Shown piece by piece: positions 1 through 14,066 of a DNA stretch of 64,000 nt (within the stretch, counting starts at the first letter, position 1; every line of letters begins with the position of its first letter). The stretch covers positions 33,046,001 to 33,110,000 of the forward strand of contig OX597825.1 of assembly GCA_951406725.2 (NCBI GenBank), written 5' to 3'. The notes beneath the pieces were generated by a model. The model saw only the letters and a program-made list of their open reading frames with translations. It did no database searches and was not told where the DNA came from. The translations under genes and the position numbers were made by a program. The DNA comes from Octopus vulgaris. Taxonomy: Eukaryota.

Positions 1-255
1 GTATTATTGTGTTATTAATATTCTAAGAGTTACTATGCTATCACTGCAGGGAAAAGCTAAATAGAAATACAATATATAAGACACATTCAGCGTCTTATCT
101 TCTACCTATATATTTCTACGTATATGCTATGTATATGTATTTATACGTGTGTGTGTGCGTATATATATGTATGTGTATATATATATCGCATTCATACGTA
201 TATGTACATATAAGTATATGTAATTTTATATATATGTATATATATATATGTATGC

Positions 256-286
<31 letters not shown>

Positions 287-325
287 CATACAAACAAACG
301 CAGACACACACACATGCACATTCAT

Positions 326-700
326 ATTTTTATATTTGCCTATATATAGGTTTGTCTGTCAGTATATATACTGTGTGTATATATATATATATACTGTGTG
401 TATATATATATATCTACACTGTGTATATATATATATACTGTGTATATATACTGTAATTTTATATATATGTATATATATATATATATTTTTATATTTGCCT
501 ATATATAGGTTTGTCTGTCAGTATATATACTGTGTGTATATATATATATATATACTGTGTGTATATATATATATATACTGTATATATATATATATACTAT
601 GTATATATACTGTGTTTATATTTGCCTATATATAGGTTTGTCTGTCAGTATATATACTGTGTGTATATATAGTATATATACTGTGTGTATATATATATAT
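326..700. repeat. Composite AT-rich minisatellite: 3 copies of TTTATATTTGCCTATATATAGGTTTGTCTGTCAGTATATATACTGTGTG separated by (TA)n-CTGTG subunits
   Basis: The unit recurs at ~328, ~488 and ~616. Confidence 0.8.
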
Positions 701-705
701 ATACT

Positions 706-763
<58 letters not shown>

Positions 764-926
764 TAGAGAGAGAGAGAGAGACAGAGCGAGATATGTGTGC
801 ATATGATATGTGCTATGATGTAAATTATAGAGTAATCTACAGAACCTACTCACACTAGCACACACATATATATATGCATCTACATACATATATATATGCT
901 TAGATGTGTGTGTGTGCATACATATA

Positions 927-968
<42 letters not shown>

Positions 969-1011
969 CACACACACACATATATATATATGTAAATGCT
1001 TACATACACAC

Positions 1012-1066
<55 letters not shown>

Positions 1067-1233
1067 GCAAAATGTTAATTACTTTTCGCTCTCAACATCT
1101 TTTTTTTAATTTATTCTAGTTCGTTAAGTATATTGATTTTTCATTTATTCACAATTCACATAAGAATTTTCGTTTCAAGTGAAAAACCTGATAAAGGATA
1201 AGACAATAAGTACGGGACATATAGACTGAGATA

Positions 1234-2015
1234 GTGAGTGAATGAGTGAGTGAGTGAGTGAGTGAGTGAGTGAGTGAGTGAATGAGTGAGTGAGTGAGTG
1301 AGTGAGTGAGTGAGTGAGTGAGTGAGTGAGTGAGTGAGTGAGTGAGTGAGTGATTGAGTGAGTGAGTGATTGAGTGAGTGAGTGAGTGAGTGAGTGAGTG
1401 AGTGAGTGAGTGAGTGAGTGAGTGAGTGAGTGAGTGAGTGAGTGAGTGAGTGAGTGAGTGAGTGATTGAGTGAGTGAGTGAGTGAATGAGTGAGTGAGTG
1501 AGTGAGTGAGTGAGTGAATGAGTGAATGAGTGAGTGAGTGAGTGAGTGAGTGAATGAATGAATGAGTGAATGAGTGAGTGAGTGAGTGAGTGAATGAGTG
1601 AGTGAGTGAGTGAGTGAGTGAGTGAGTGATTGAGTGAGTGAGTGAGTGAGTGAGTGAATGAGTGAGTGAGTGAGTGAGTGAGTGAGCGAGTGAGTGAGTG
1701 AGTGAGTGAGTGAGTGAGTGAGTGAGTGAGTGAGTGAGTGAGTGAGTGAGTGAGTGAGTGAATGAGTGAGTGAGTGAATGAGTGAGTGAGTGAGTGAGTG
1801 AGTGAGTGAGTGAGTGAGTGAGTGAGTGAGTGAGTGAGTGAGTGAGTGAGTGAGTGAGTGAGTGAGTGAGTGAGTGAGTGAGTGAGTGAGTGAGTGAGTG
1901 AGTGAGTGAGTGAGTGAGTGAGTGAGTGAGTGAGTGAGTGAGTGAGTGAGTGAGTGAGTGAGTGAGTGAGTGAGTGAGTGAGTGAGTGAGTAAGTGAGTG
2001 AGTGAGTAAGTGAGT
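1234..2015. repeat. (GAGT)n tetranucleotide array, ~780 bp, with GAAT/GATT variants
   Basis: Direct reading; it produces the spurious LTHS-repeat ORF 1149..2033. Confidence 0.97.
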
Positions 2016-2233
2016 TAGAGGGGATATGGCCAAGAGGAAGGAGAGGAGAATGAGAATGGAAGGGAGAATAATAATTAGGGAAGAGTGAAGAAAGAGTAAG
2101 GATAATTTGAGATTAGGTGTAAGTTTTAGGAACCAACTAAAAAGCAGCGACTACAGGAAGGACTTAGGGGAATAAAGAAGATTTTTTCTCTCGCTTTCCT
2201 GTATTTCTCTCATTCACTCCCATTTATTTAGGT

Positions 2234-2268
<35 letters not shown>

Positions 2269-2501
2269 CATAAATATATATAAATATATTGTATATATAT
2301 GTGTGTGTACATTTGCATATGCAAAATTATATATTGCTTGTGTGAATATACATGTACATATATGAATATATAGATATATATATATATATGTATACATATA
2401 TATACATATATATACATATATTTATATATATATTTATATATGTATATAAGCATATATATATATATATATTTATGAACGTATGAAAATATATATGTATGTT
2501 A

Positions 2502-2601
<100 letters not shown>

Positions 2602-3084
2602 AATATGTTTGTACATGTTTGGCGTGTGTGTGTGTGCCTTATCCCAATACAAAGAGAAGTGATAAATAATATATAACGAATGAAAGCAAAACCAAAAAAA
2701 AAAGAATAATAATGATAATAATAAAAATAATAAACAATAACAACAACAACATCAATAGGTACTTGAGATGCACATTCTCAAATAAAAAAAATACATAATA
2801 TATCCATTTATATAGGTTGCTATTTTTCTTCTACGGCTTCTGTAAAACAAATAACAAGTGAAAAAAAAATAAAAGAAGGAAAAAAAAAAGAAAAGAGTGC
2901 TGCATATTCGAGATAGTTGCAGCTGCAACGACGATAACAGAGACAACAATTCTTGTAAAATTGAATCCCAATTGATTCAACTTTCAGGAGAAAAAAAAGA
3001 ACAAGTATTTAGTTAGAATATCGGTAGAAAAATAAAAATGAAATGATCTCGACTAACATAAGAACTGAATTTTTACGTTTTTCA

Positions 3085-3143
3085 TACATACATTCAGGCA
3101 GCCATACATAGATACAATCATACTTACATACATACAATCGTAC

Positions 3144-3174
<31 letters not shown>

Positions 3175-3299
3175 CATACATACATACATACATACATACA
3201 TACATACATACATACATGCATACCTACATACAATCATACTTACATACATACATACATACATTCAGACATCCATACGTACATACAATCATACATACATAC

Positions 3300-3330
<31 letters not shown>

Positions 3331-3367
3331 CATACATTCAGACATCCATACATACATACAATCATAC

Positions 3368-3398
<31 letters not shown>

Positions 3399-3725
3399 CA
3401 TACATACATACATACATACATACATTCAGACCTCCATACATACATACAATCATACATACATACATACATACAATCATACATACATACATACATACATACA
3501 TACATACATACATACAATCATACATACATACATACATACATACAATCATACATACATACATACAATCATACATACATACATACATACAATCATACATACA
3601 TACATACATACATACATACAATCATACATACATACAAACGTACATACATACATACATACATACTTACATACATACATACATACATACATGCATACCTACA
3701 TACAATCATACTTACATACATACAT
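3085..3725. repeat. (CATA)n array with CAAT/CTTA variant units
   Basis: Direct reading. Confidence 0.95.
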
Positions 3726-4123
3726 ATATATTCTTTTATTTTTATTTTATATATACATGTGTGTGTGTGTAACATTTGCATTGTATACGGGGATTTTGAA
3801 CTATTTAATGTATCATAGAAAAGCTACTGTATTCACTTTTCGTTTATTTCATAACAGAGTGTACTGTTATGTAATATAGGGGGTAAGAAATGAGTATAAC
3901 AGATTGCGTGTGAGGTGGTGGGGGATTCCAAGTGGCTAAAATGGACTCTTCCATGATGGAATTATGGAACTGTGGAATTGCTTCAATTTCAAAACATTGT
4001 CTGGCAACACCAGTACAACCTTGAAATACATGTGTGTGTGATTTTTTAGTGTGTAGGTACATATATAATTTATATATGTGTGTGTGTGTTAACATTTATG
4101 CATATACACACACACGTCCGCAC

Positions 4124-4177
<54 letters not shown>

Positions 4178-4461
4178 ACAGTTTATGATTCTGCCCATGT
4201 CGAAGCAGCACGTAACTCTCAAAATGTGTGTGTTCGCGAATATATTTGACTATGGAAACGTATACATGGATGTGCGCATGCGCCTTTATATCGGTCTTAT
4301 CGATGGGTTTCTGATCCATATTTTATATTGTCTAGAAGGAAAGGGAGTTCTTTTGACATGATCCCTTAAAATTTCCTAACATTAAAAGAAAAAAGAACAC
4401 TGCCACTCATTCACCCACCCCTCACCCAATATATACGAATAAACATACAAAATGCTTATAT

Positions 4462-4665
4462 ATACTCTTTTACTCTTTTACTTTTTTCCATTTGGCTGTG
4501 GCCATGCTGGAGCACCGCCTTTAGTTGAGCAAATCATCGACCCCAGGACTTATTCTTTGTAAGTCTTGTACTTATTATATCGGTCTGTTTCGCCGAACCG
4601 CTAAGTTACGGGGACGTAAACACACCACCATCGGTTGTCAAGTGATGTTGGGGGGACAAACACGT

Positions 4666-4750
<85 letters not shown>

Positions 4751-4917
4751 TACGACGGGTTTCTTTCAGTTTCCGTCTAACAAATCCCCTCACGAGGCTT
4801 TGGTTGGCCCGAGGCTATAGTAGAAGACACTTGCCTAAGGTATCACGAAGTGGGACTGAACCCGGAACCATGTGGTTAGTAAGGAAACTACTTACCACAT
4901 AGCCACTCCTACGCCTA
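4462..4917 (-). mobile_element. tRNA-derived SINE family A (octopus-type) with internal (TA)n/(TG)n tract
   Basis: Reverse complement of the head AGGCGTAGGAGTGGCT..GGTAAG..GGTTCAGTCCC (A/B-box-like) and the GTAAAAGA-repeat tail; matches copies at 30920, 43250 and 61232. Confidence 0.9.
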
Positions 4918-5170
4918 GATGTACAAAGTCTACAGTATTCATACAGTATATGATGTAAATGGTAAAATCTGGGACGTGATTTCAATCCCACTTCACTGAG
5001 CACTCCGATAAAGCCCTTTAACTAGGAAATTGTATGATTTCATAATTTCCACAGCCTCTCACTACCTCTCTGCCACTCTCAGCAACTCTCTGCCCAACAA
5101 TTATCGTATGCTAAATGCAGATGAAGTAATAGCATCATTTACATGTACATAAGTGCATTTGTGCATGGTT

Positions 5171-5405
5171 AAGGCGGCGAGTTGGCAGAATCGTTCGCAC
5201 GCCGGGCGAAATGCTTAGCGGTATTTCGTCTGCCGTTACGTTCTGAGTTCAAATTCCGCCGAGGTTGACTTTGCCTTTCATCCTTTCAGGGTCGATAAAT
5301 TAAGTACCAGTTACGCTCTGGGGTCGATGTAATCGACTTAATCCGTTTGTCTGTCCTTGTTTGTCCACTCTGTGTTTAGCCCCTTGTGGGTAGTAAAGAA
5401 ATAGG
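5171..5405 (+). mobile_element. SINE family B (head AAGGCGGCGAGCTGGCAGAATCG; central GCCTTTCATCCTTTCGGGGTCGATAAA..AGTACCAG resembling the Meta-SINE domain)
   Basis: Near-identical to copies at 44718, 47198 and 48270; B-box-like GAGTTCAAATTCC. Confidence 0.88.
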
Positions 5406-5995
5406 TCAAGAAGTTCACTTCACAATAATGAAATCGCGAGGTCGGTCCCATGTTTTTTTTTACCGTAGCATCGTGCTAATCTAAAACTTAAATACACGGA
5501 AACTTCGCTAAGATCTATCGTCGGATATATTGTACTAGTAAGGCATAAAATAACTCTTGTCATATTGATTGGGTCACACTGATTCTACTTGAGAATTACC
5601 TAGAAGTTATACGCGACTGAGGGATATTCATCCTCTTATAGCAGAGTTATTTAATTGTCTATTTATGTGCCTATGTGAGCATTTGGCTGTCTTATGGTGA
5701 GCGCATGCGTATTTAGATACATCACATCACCCAAATAAGAAAAATATGAAGTACGGGTGTGCACACATTATCATGTGTTTGTATGTGTAAATATGTGGAT
5801 ATGTCCATCCATATATACACAAACACAAACCACGCGCAAACATAGGTACGTGTACTGTAAATACATGTACAAAGGTATATGTCTTTATGTACGTATGAAA
5901 TGCAATTACACATATATGTGTAAATACATGTATGCATATATTCATATACATAAATACACACATACAAAAGCATATATATACATACACACATCTAT

Positions 5996-6154
<159 letters not shown>

Positions 6155-6227
6155 TACATATGTATGCTCTACGGTTATATAGGTGTGAGTGTACGTGTGT
6201 GGGAGTGTTCATTTGTGTGCGTGTATA

Positions 6228-6267
<40 letters not shown>

Positions 6268-6364
6268 CAACAATTTAGATTCAAATGAATATGGTACTTA
6301 ATTTAGATGCACCAGAATTTTGTATGGTGTTAGCCATAAAAATTTGCGGGGTGATTATAATCCA

Positions 6365-6418
6365 AAATAAGCAACAAAAATGATTCCGAAATTACCGGAA
6401 TCATTCTTGTTGCTTATT

Positions 6419-6419
<1 letters not shown>
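6365..6419. repeat. Short near-perfect hairpin (~24-bp arms)
   Basis: AAATAAGCAACAAAAATGATTCCG-aaattac-CGGAATCATTCTTGTTGCTTATTT. Confidence 0.75.
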
Positions 6420-6449
<30 letters not shown>

Positions 6450-6723
6450 GTATGTATCTATAAATGTATGTATGCATGTGTGTGTGGGCGTGTGTTCCTA
6501 ATACTTTTTTGTAATATCCATAGATTGTTGGTAAGAATATCAATGGAAGACGAGTGCGGAACTGAGATAAGCATCCAGTTGGTTATGGCAGGTACAGGTG
6601 TTGTATTATATAGATGCAGCTTATTCTTACATTGTTTTCAACTAACAGTAAGCAGCTTCTGCGAGCTTTGCTACAATCTCTCATGTATATTCACACAATC
6701 TGTCTCTCTCCTTCTCTCTTTCG

Positions 6724-6771
<48 letters not shown>

Positions 6772-6934
6772 TTGTATATATATATATATATGTATGTATG
6801 TATGTGTATATGCACATATATATTATGTTCATACATATATATATACATATTTGCAAGGATGTGTATATGTGTGTCTATATCTATGTGTGTATGTGTATAT
6901 ATATATATATATGCATATACATACATATATATAC

Positions 6935-6988
<54 letters not shown>

Positions 6989-6993
6989 GTATA

Positions 6994-7050
<57 letters not shown>

Positions 7051-7528
7051 GTATTTATGTATGTATGTATGTTTTGTGTGTGTTTGTGTGTATTTTTGTG
7101 GGCGAAGGTATCGAAGTCTTTGAGCTGAGCCTATATTTTAGCGAAACTTTTTTTTCAAGTGGCTAAAGCTAATCTTTACCTTAAACGTCTACGAGTTGAG
7201 AATAGAATGGAATGATTATGTCTGTGTGAGAGGGGTGGAGTCCCGAAAAATCCAGTCCTGAGAAGAAAAGAATTGTTGATGTGCGTATAGTGCAGGGTTT
7301 TGTTGATAGAAAACAGTGGCTTCTACGCTGAGGCCTCGGATCGTGTATGTCTTGTTTGCTGGGTAGAAGAGCAGCGCATTATAGTAGCGGTAGAAACTGT
7401 CTGAGAGAAGAAACCAGCAGATGTGAGAACCAGTAGCCAACCAGTGGAGAGTACTAAGCGCCATGTATGTGTATAAACACACACACAAACACACACGTAC
7501 ACAATCCACATACAGGCACACATATTTA

Positions 7529-7677
7529 CAGGCGCAGGTATAGTTGTGTAGTTCAGAAGGGTTCAGGTCCGTTTTGCAGCACCTTAGGCAACTATCTTCT
7601 ACTATAGCTCCAGGTCGACCAAATCCTTACGAGTTAATTTGATAGGACGGAAACTGAATGAAGCCACTCGTATATAA

Positions 7678-7740
<63 letters not shown>

Positions 7741-7930
7741 TGTGTGTTTATGTTTGTGTTGTATTTGTCTACCACCACCGACCGACAACTGATGTTGGCT
7801 TGTTTACATCCCATAACTTAGCGGTTCGGCCAAAGAGACAAATAGGATAAGTACCAGACTAAAAACCCTTCGAGTCGGTACCCCGGCATGGCCGCAGTCA
7901 AATGACTGAAAGAAGGAAAAGATAAAAGAT
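7529..7930 (+). mobile_element. SINE family A, diverged copy
   Basis: AGGCGCAGG head, internal (TG)n, tail GCATGGCCGCAGTCAAATGACTGAAA. Confidence 0.8.
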
Positions 7931-8125
7931 AAAAAATGAAGATATCTGCCTGTGTTTGTAAAGCCAAGAAGATATAATTATTTGCGATGCTCAGTAGAAA
8001 GCTTTTTTTTGCACGGACCCCGGTTAAGTGATATCTGCCATGATGCGGGGGTCGTACTTGATGGCCTGACTGAAGTCTTTTCTGTCCCTGCACAGACCCT
8101 CGTTTTCCCAAAGGTTTGTATATGT

Positions 8126-8164
<39 letters not shown>

Positions 8165-9916
8165 CTCCTGCGTGTGTATGTGCATATGTGTCTCTTTGTG
8201 TGTGAGTGTGTGTATTTTATAAATTTTATTGACTGAATTATATTAGTGTGTCAAATTTTGTAAATGGTCATGTTTCTAGATCGATATTGACGACCGGATT
8301 AAATGGTTAAATTATCTGCTCGGATCGATAAACTACACTAGCTATTAGAGATCGAAAGCAATATTTGAATCACTGTATTCGCTCTGAAACATTATTATCA
8401 ATACCATTGATCAGAATCAATAATAGATGTTTCAATAACTGTATATGTAGTTCGATCATGTTGACCGGAGTGCCTAAGTATTTTGATGTATTTTATTGAT
8501 CTGTAAAGTAGCATCAGTATTTTTATTGATCAGAATACAGATGGAAAATAGCCGTGGTAAATTTTACTACACAGAGCAGATAGTACTTTTAAAAGCATTA
8601 TCGTATTCTGTTCTCCCCTCCCACGTCTCCTTTATTTCATTCTTCGTTTATTGGTTTATTTTGTTATTAAACAATAAAGAATAACTGGAAAGCTATGCCA
8701 CCCCAAAGCTAGGATGATAGAGAGGGAGTTAGTTCACCACTTATACAGCAAAACTGAGCAAAACTGTGAGAATTTGCCATCACGTGAAATCCTACATCTA
8801 AGTGCAGATAAACGTTGTAAATACAACAGCAGATGATTTTTGAAGTTGTTTTGATAAAAAGTATGCAAAGAGAGAGGCACAGAAACAACTTTCAAGATTG
8901 GTTAAGATGGCTGTAAAAATTGTTATCGAAGCCACTGCGACCTCTCATGTTCTTCAAGAGATGCACTAGTGAACCTGCCGATCGCCTATTTCACACATCA
9001 GTATTGACGAATTATTGAACAATCATAATAATAATAATAATAATAATAATGATAATAATAAAAACAATAATAATGGTGATGATGATGATAATAATGATAG
9101 TGATGATGACAAGCGAAAATGAACAGATCGTGACCTTTTCTATTGTAATTCATCTATCACAACGCGTCAGTAGCCATGTTTATCAGCGTGTGTCACTCTA
9201 GGTAAAGAGGAGATATCTTAGGTCAGATCAAATATAGATATAAATGAATGCATATCTTTCACTTCAAAGAATATCCTTTTGACGCGTAAAGGCAAAAGAC
9301 AACTATCAAATATCTTATAGGATTTCAAGATGCCTTTACAGAAGCGTTATATTATTAAAGAATGCCAGTTGTTTTGTACCCCTCAGCGGAAAATGCAATA
9401 CAACTAACATTACCTGTGTCTTTTCAAAAATGCCGACTAGTTATTGCTTTCCTTCTGCATTATACTATAATTTAAAAGAAAAAAGTTTTGAAGATAAACG
9501 TGTGATATCGCCCAAATATACCTAACTAAATATCGATCTTTACGTTTACAAAGATCCATCCAAAATGTGTGCTTCAAATATTAAAATGAGATGTATTGTA
9601 GAAGTGTTTAAGTTTTCCATATCAGTCTTGGTATCCTATTGTAATATATGAACAAATATATGTGTATATATATAACCTCATACATTGCATATTGCCATAT
9701 CCATCTCAGTTTGAGAGGGATATGGCAATTTCAATTTCGGAAACTCCAATATAAAAGTTAACCGTAAGGTTGTCCTTGATCCGCAGCCAGTTAGTCCAGT
9801 TAGCGGGAGTGTATCAGCGAATTTATGTGAGAAAAAGAACATTACCAATTCATCTTTTTGGTTGAACACGCTTGTATACAAATCCCGGCTATGCATTCAT
9901 GTTTTTCTCTTATATA

Positions 9917-10749
9917 TACGTGGGAGAGTCAAATATTATAGGCACTCTTGTTTTCTCAATGTATTTACACAAAAGCAAGAGATAATCAAGTACGTCATTT
10001 TTCTACATAGCCTCCTTCTTCCTTTTTGGTGCACTTGGTTCAGAGGTCCACAAGCTTACGTATTCCCTCCAAAAAGAAGGTTTTCGGTTGATCGTGCAAC
10101 CATTTATGCACCACAGTTCTGTTTATACATTTGTCGGTCACTTCCATAATCTTGTAAAGCTGGCAATGAAGCTGAATGCACTAGGTGTTCCCTGCTAGAC
10201 AATAAAATATGGAACACTTATAACTTACATTAATGTTTTGTTGGTTAAAACGCTTCAGTATAACTTCGGCTATGATAGATGAATTAAACTAGGGAACATG
10301 AGCGATCCAAAAATATGGTAGTCGGAAGGGCCGAGATCTGGGTTGTAGGCATGGTGTTCTAGCACCTCGAAACCCAATTGGTTAATGGTTTCAACGGTCT
10401 GGGCAGTCGTGTGTGGCCGTGCATTGTCATTCAACAACAAAACTTTCTTTCACAATAGGCTTCAACTTTTGGTGCGAATTGCTGGTTTCAGTTTGTTGGC
10501 CAGCAAAGAACTGTATCTTGCACTGTTGATCGTACATCACTTTTCCAGAGAAATCGGATCACTACACTTTGTTCTACTTTGGTGCACATTGCTAGTGGAG
10601 CGACCATGCTCAAACTGTAAAGCCAGAAGGAAAAATGGCGCGATCAGGTTCAAACTTCGGTCACGTGACTACAATAGTGCCAACTATCAGAACGCATGCA
10701 CAGAAAGCAGTGTGGCAATAATAACGATAATCTTTGACTTCCCCTCGTA
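9917..10749 (-). mobile_element. Internally deleted mariner (Tc1/mariner) DNA transposon
   Basis: Imperfect TIRs TACGTGGGAGAGTCAAATATTAT / ATAATCTTTGACTTCCCCTCGTA in a TA context. Minus-strand remnants LLNDNARPH (~10414-10440) and YNPDLGPSDYHIFGSL (~10300-10347) match the mariner HDNARPH and YSPDLAPSDY motifs. Confidence 0.85.
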
Positions 10750-10838
10750 TGTATATGTATATGTATGTATACATATATATGTGTGTGTGTGTGTGTGTGT
10801 GTATGTATATATGTAAATATATATATGTATGTATATAT

Positions 10839-10879
<41 letters not shown>

Positions 10880-10904
10880 TGTATGTATATATACATATAT
10901 ATTA

Positions 10905-11298
10905 TTTTATTCTTTTACTTGTTTCAGTCATTTGACTGCGGCCATACTGGAGCTCCGTCTTTAGTCGAACAAATCGATCCCAGGACTTATTCTTCGTAAG
11001 CCTAATACATATTCTATTAGTCGTTTTTGCCGAACCGCTAAGTTACGGGGGCGTAAATACACCAACATCGGTTGTCAAGCAAACACAGACACACAAATAT
11101 TATACACACATATACACACACATACATATATGTATATATATACGACAGGCTTCTTTCAGTAGCCGTCTACCAAATCCACTCACAAGGCCTTGATCAGCCT
11201 GAGGCTATAGTAGAAAACACTCCGCCAAGGTGCCACGCAGTGGACTAAAACCGGAACCATGTGGTTGGGAAGAAGCTTCTTACCACACAGCCACGCCT
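10905..11298 (-). mobile_element. SINE family A
   Basis: Reverse complement of the family A consensus, head to tail. Confidence 0.88.
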
Positions 11299-11550
11299 AT
11301 AAGTGCTCTTTTTATATATATATGAGCCTTGTAAGAGTAACATTTTTATTTTAGATGGTCACTATAGGACACTACAGGACTCGTTTCCTTGAGTCAGTAG
11401 ACATCATTTGAACCAGTTGATAATAATAGAAATGTTCACCATTTTTAAAATTTAAATAGTTTCTAAATGAACAATGAATATCTGATTTTCTGTGAATCAC
11501 AAGTCTAAAGAAACCTACTTTGAAGCAAAAAAAAGCATAGTCACGACATG

Positions 11551-11736
11551 CCATAGTTCTATTTGTACATTTGTCGGTCACTTCCATAATCTTGTAAAGC
11601 TGGCAATGAAGCTGAATGCACTAATGTTCCCTGCTAGACAATAAAATATGGAACACTTATAACTTACATTAATGTTTTGTTGGTTAAAACGCTTCAGTAT
11701 AACTTTGGCTATGATAGTTGAATTAAACTAGGGAAC
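11551..11736 (+). repeat. ~186-bp direct duplicate of 10111-10297
   Basis: TACATTTGTCGGTCACTTCC...AAACTAGGGAAC is present twice with few substitutions. Confidence 0.92.
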
Positions 11737-12138
11737 CCGAGGATAAACTGTGATAGTATTGAACTGATTTATAGTCGTTGAAATATATGTGTGGTTCAAC
11801 AAAATATAAAGTGGTATTTAAGAAGTGGCACTCCACTGCGAATATTCGCTTTCAACTCAACAATGTCTGCACATGAGATCATGTTCCAGTTCTCTGAATG
11901 AATGACCGAATGAGTGGGTGTATATATATGTGTATGTGAGTTTACGTGAACGTATGTATGTATGTGTGTATGTGTATACGTGTGTGTGCACTTTGATCTG
12001 TTTGGTGTTAAATTAAGTCTATATAATATAAATAGTTCATGAAATTAGGCCACTGCCATTTTTGTGTCACTATTAATATCCATTTGATCGTGATGGAAAT
12101 ATCAAAGACGTTTGGAAACGACTTATGACAGAATTTGA

Positions 12139-12221
<83 letters not shown>
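12139..12221. repeat. (TAG)n microsatellite
   Basis: Direct reading. Confidence 0.95.
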
Positions 12222-13402
12222 CCACCAGTGATTCTGGTTTTCAAAGGATATCAGGGTTTTTAGCCAACTGACCGAAGGGTCGACATTTTTTCTTATGAAG
12301 TCACCAGCAACTCTATGTCTGGTCATTGTTGTCAAAGATAGTTCATGCAAGGCGAGCTACAAAAGGATACTGTATAAGTAGCGAGATTTGGATTTCTGGT
12401 CGTAGCCATTTTACTTGGCTTGCCTCCTTAATTCCCTGCAACAAGCATGAGATGTGACAGTCTCATAATCTATCTTCCCGCTAAAAAATAGTCAATTCTT
12501 ACCTTGTGAAGAAAAACAATACGAAATCGCTGAGGTAAAATTCCATTGAGAGGGAGGTTTTTTAGGCTATAGAAAATTACGTCCGAAACCACAGAAATCC
12601 CAATCACAGTGGGTGTTGTTGTTGTTCTTGTTGAAGTTGTTATAGTTGTTGCCAAGGCAGCTACTGTTGATTACAATGCAAACCAAAAGCAAAAACAAAA
12701 CCGAAAACACAAAGAATTGTTGTTATTGTTATTGATGTTGATGTTCTTGTTCTTGTTTTTGTTGTTGTTAATGCAATTTCAGAAATTAAATAAAAAACGG
12801 AGTAAAAGTTTAGAAGTGATGATGGAGCATCGGACTAAATGTCTTACAATATATTTAGTCTCATTCCTCTATATTCTAATTAATGAAATGTCGTCGTATT
12901 TGACAGTGGCTTTCATCCCACCCGGGGCGATGGCGATAAAATATGTATTTAATTCAATTGGCTGGGTTCATCCTCTAAAAAAAACAGTTGGCCTTGTGCC
13001 AACTCCAAAGAAACGTGCGTGAATTTTGAAAAGAAAAACATAGTGAGAAAGAAAGAAAAAATGAATCAATGAATGGAAGGAAGGGAGTAGAAAGGGAAAA
13101 CGAATGAATGATTGACTTGAATGGAGAAAAGAGAGAAAAACTATGCATTTTCTTTTCATTTCGTTGATTTCCACCAAACAATTCGTCCCTTTTGAAGAAA
13201 AAAATACTTCTGCAGCAATTCTTTATAACTTCATCTGTTATTACTGGATATTAAATAATCTTTGTAATCCCATTTACATATAAATACTTAACGTATTTTT
13301 CTATCATCTTCACAAAATCATGTTGAATATTCTTCCTTTCTCTCCTCACCTGTCATGTTATTCTTTTTACTCATACATGTATGTATGGATGGATGTATGT
13401 AT

Positions 13403-13447
<45 letters not shown>

Positions 13448-13917
13448 CTATATAAGTCATTATTCAGTTTATTTCAAGATTTCTTGCCAACAGAGAAAGA
13501 ACTGGTTTCTAACCTAAGTCCAAGGCTCCTTCATTGGAATTTCAATATCAACAGGATATTTTTGTTTGTATGTATCTGTGCGTGTGTATATGTATGTATG
13601 TATGTATGTATCTATGTATGTATGTGTGTGTGTTTGTATGTATACATATATACGCGCGTGCATGCGCACACGCACGCGCACACAGACACACACATGTACA
13701 CATATATTTTTTAAAGGTAATAATCAGAAAGAAGTATACATTTGAGTACAAAGCCATGGATGTGTCCCATTTCTTCGTCAGTGATAAATTCCGATAGTTG
13801 CATATTGTTCCAACTAATATAGTCCACTCCATGTTCGGTATGTAATGTGGCTCAGTAACCCGTTGTTACAGCCTTTGCATTTTGAACATACATTTGTCAA
13901 TATATGTATATATATGT

Positions 13918-14066
<149 letters not shown>

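Noticed and set aside
1149-2033. 294-aa LTHS-repeat ORF, or a telomere-like array
   Set aside because: It is a pure (GAGT)n tetranucleotide repeat, neither coding nor TTAGGG.
11870-11900. TGAGATCAT bantam-like seed; also TGGAATGT at ~38372 and TATTGCACTT at ~38136
   Set aside because: Seed-only matches with no mature miRNA similarity or precursor hairpin.
13720-13790. Minus-strand CTGACGA with a downstream hairpin; similar CTGAGGA at ~16205-16280 and CTGACGA at ~54727
   Set aside because: GAAA and/or an adjacent stem I are missing; too degenerate to call as HHR.
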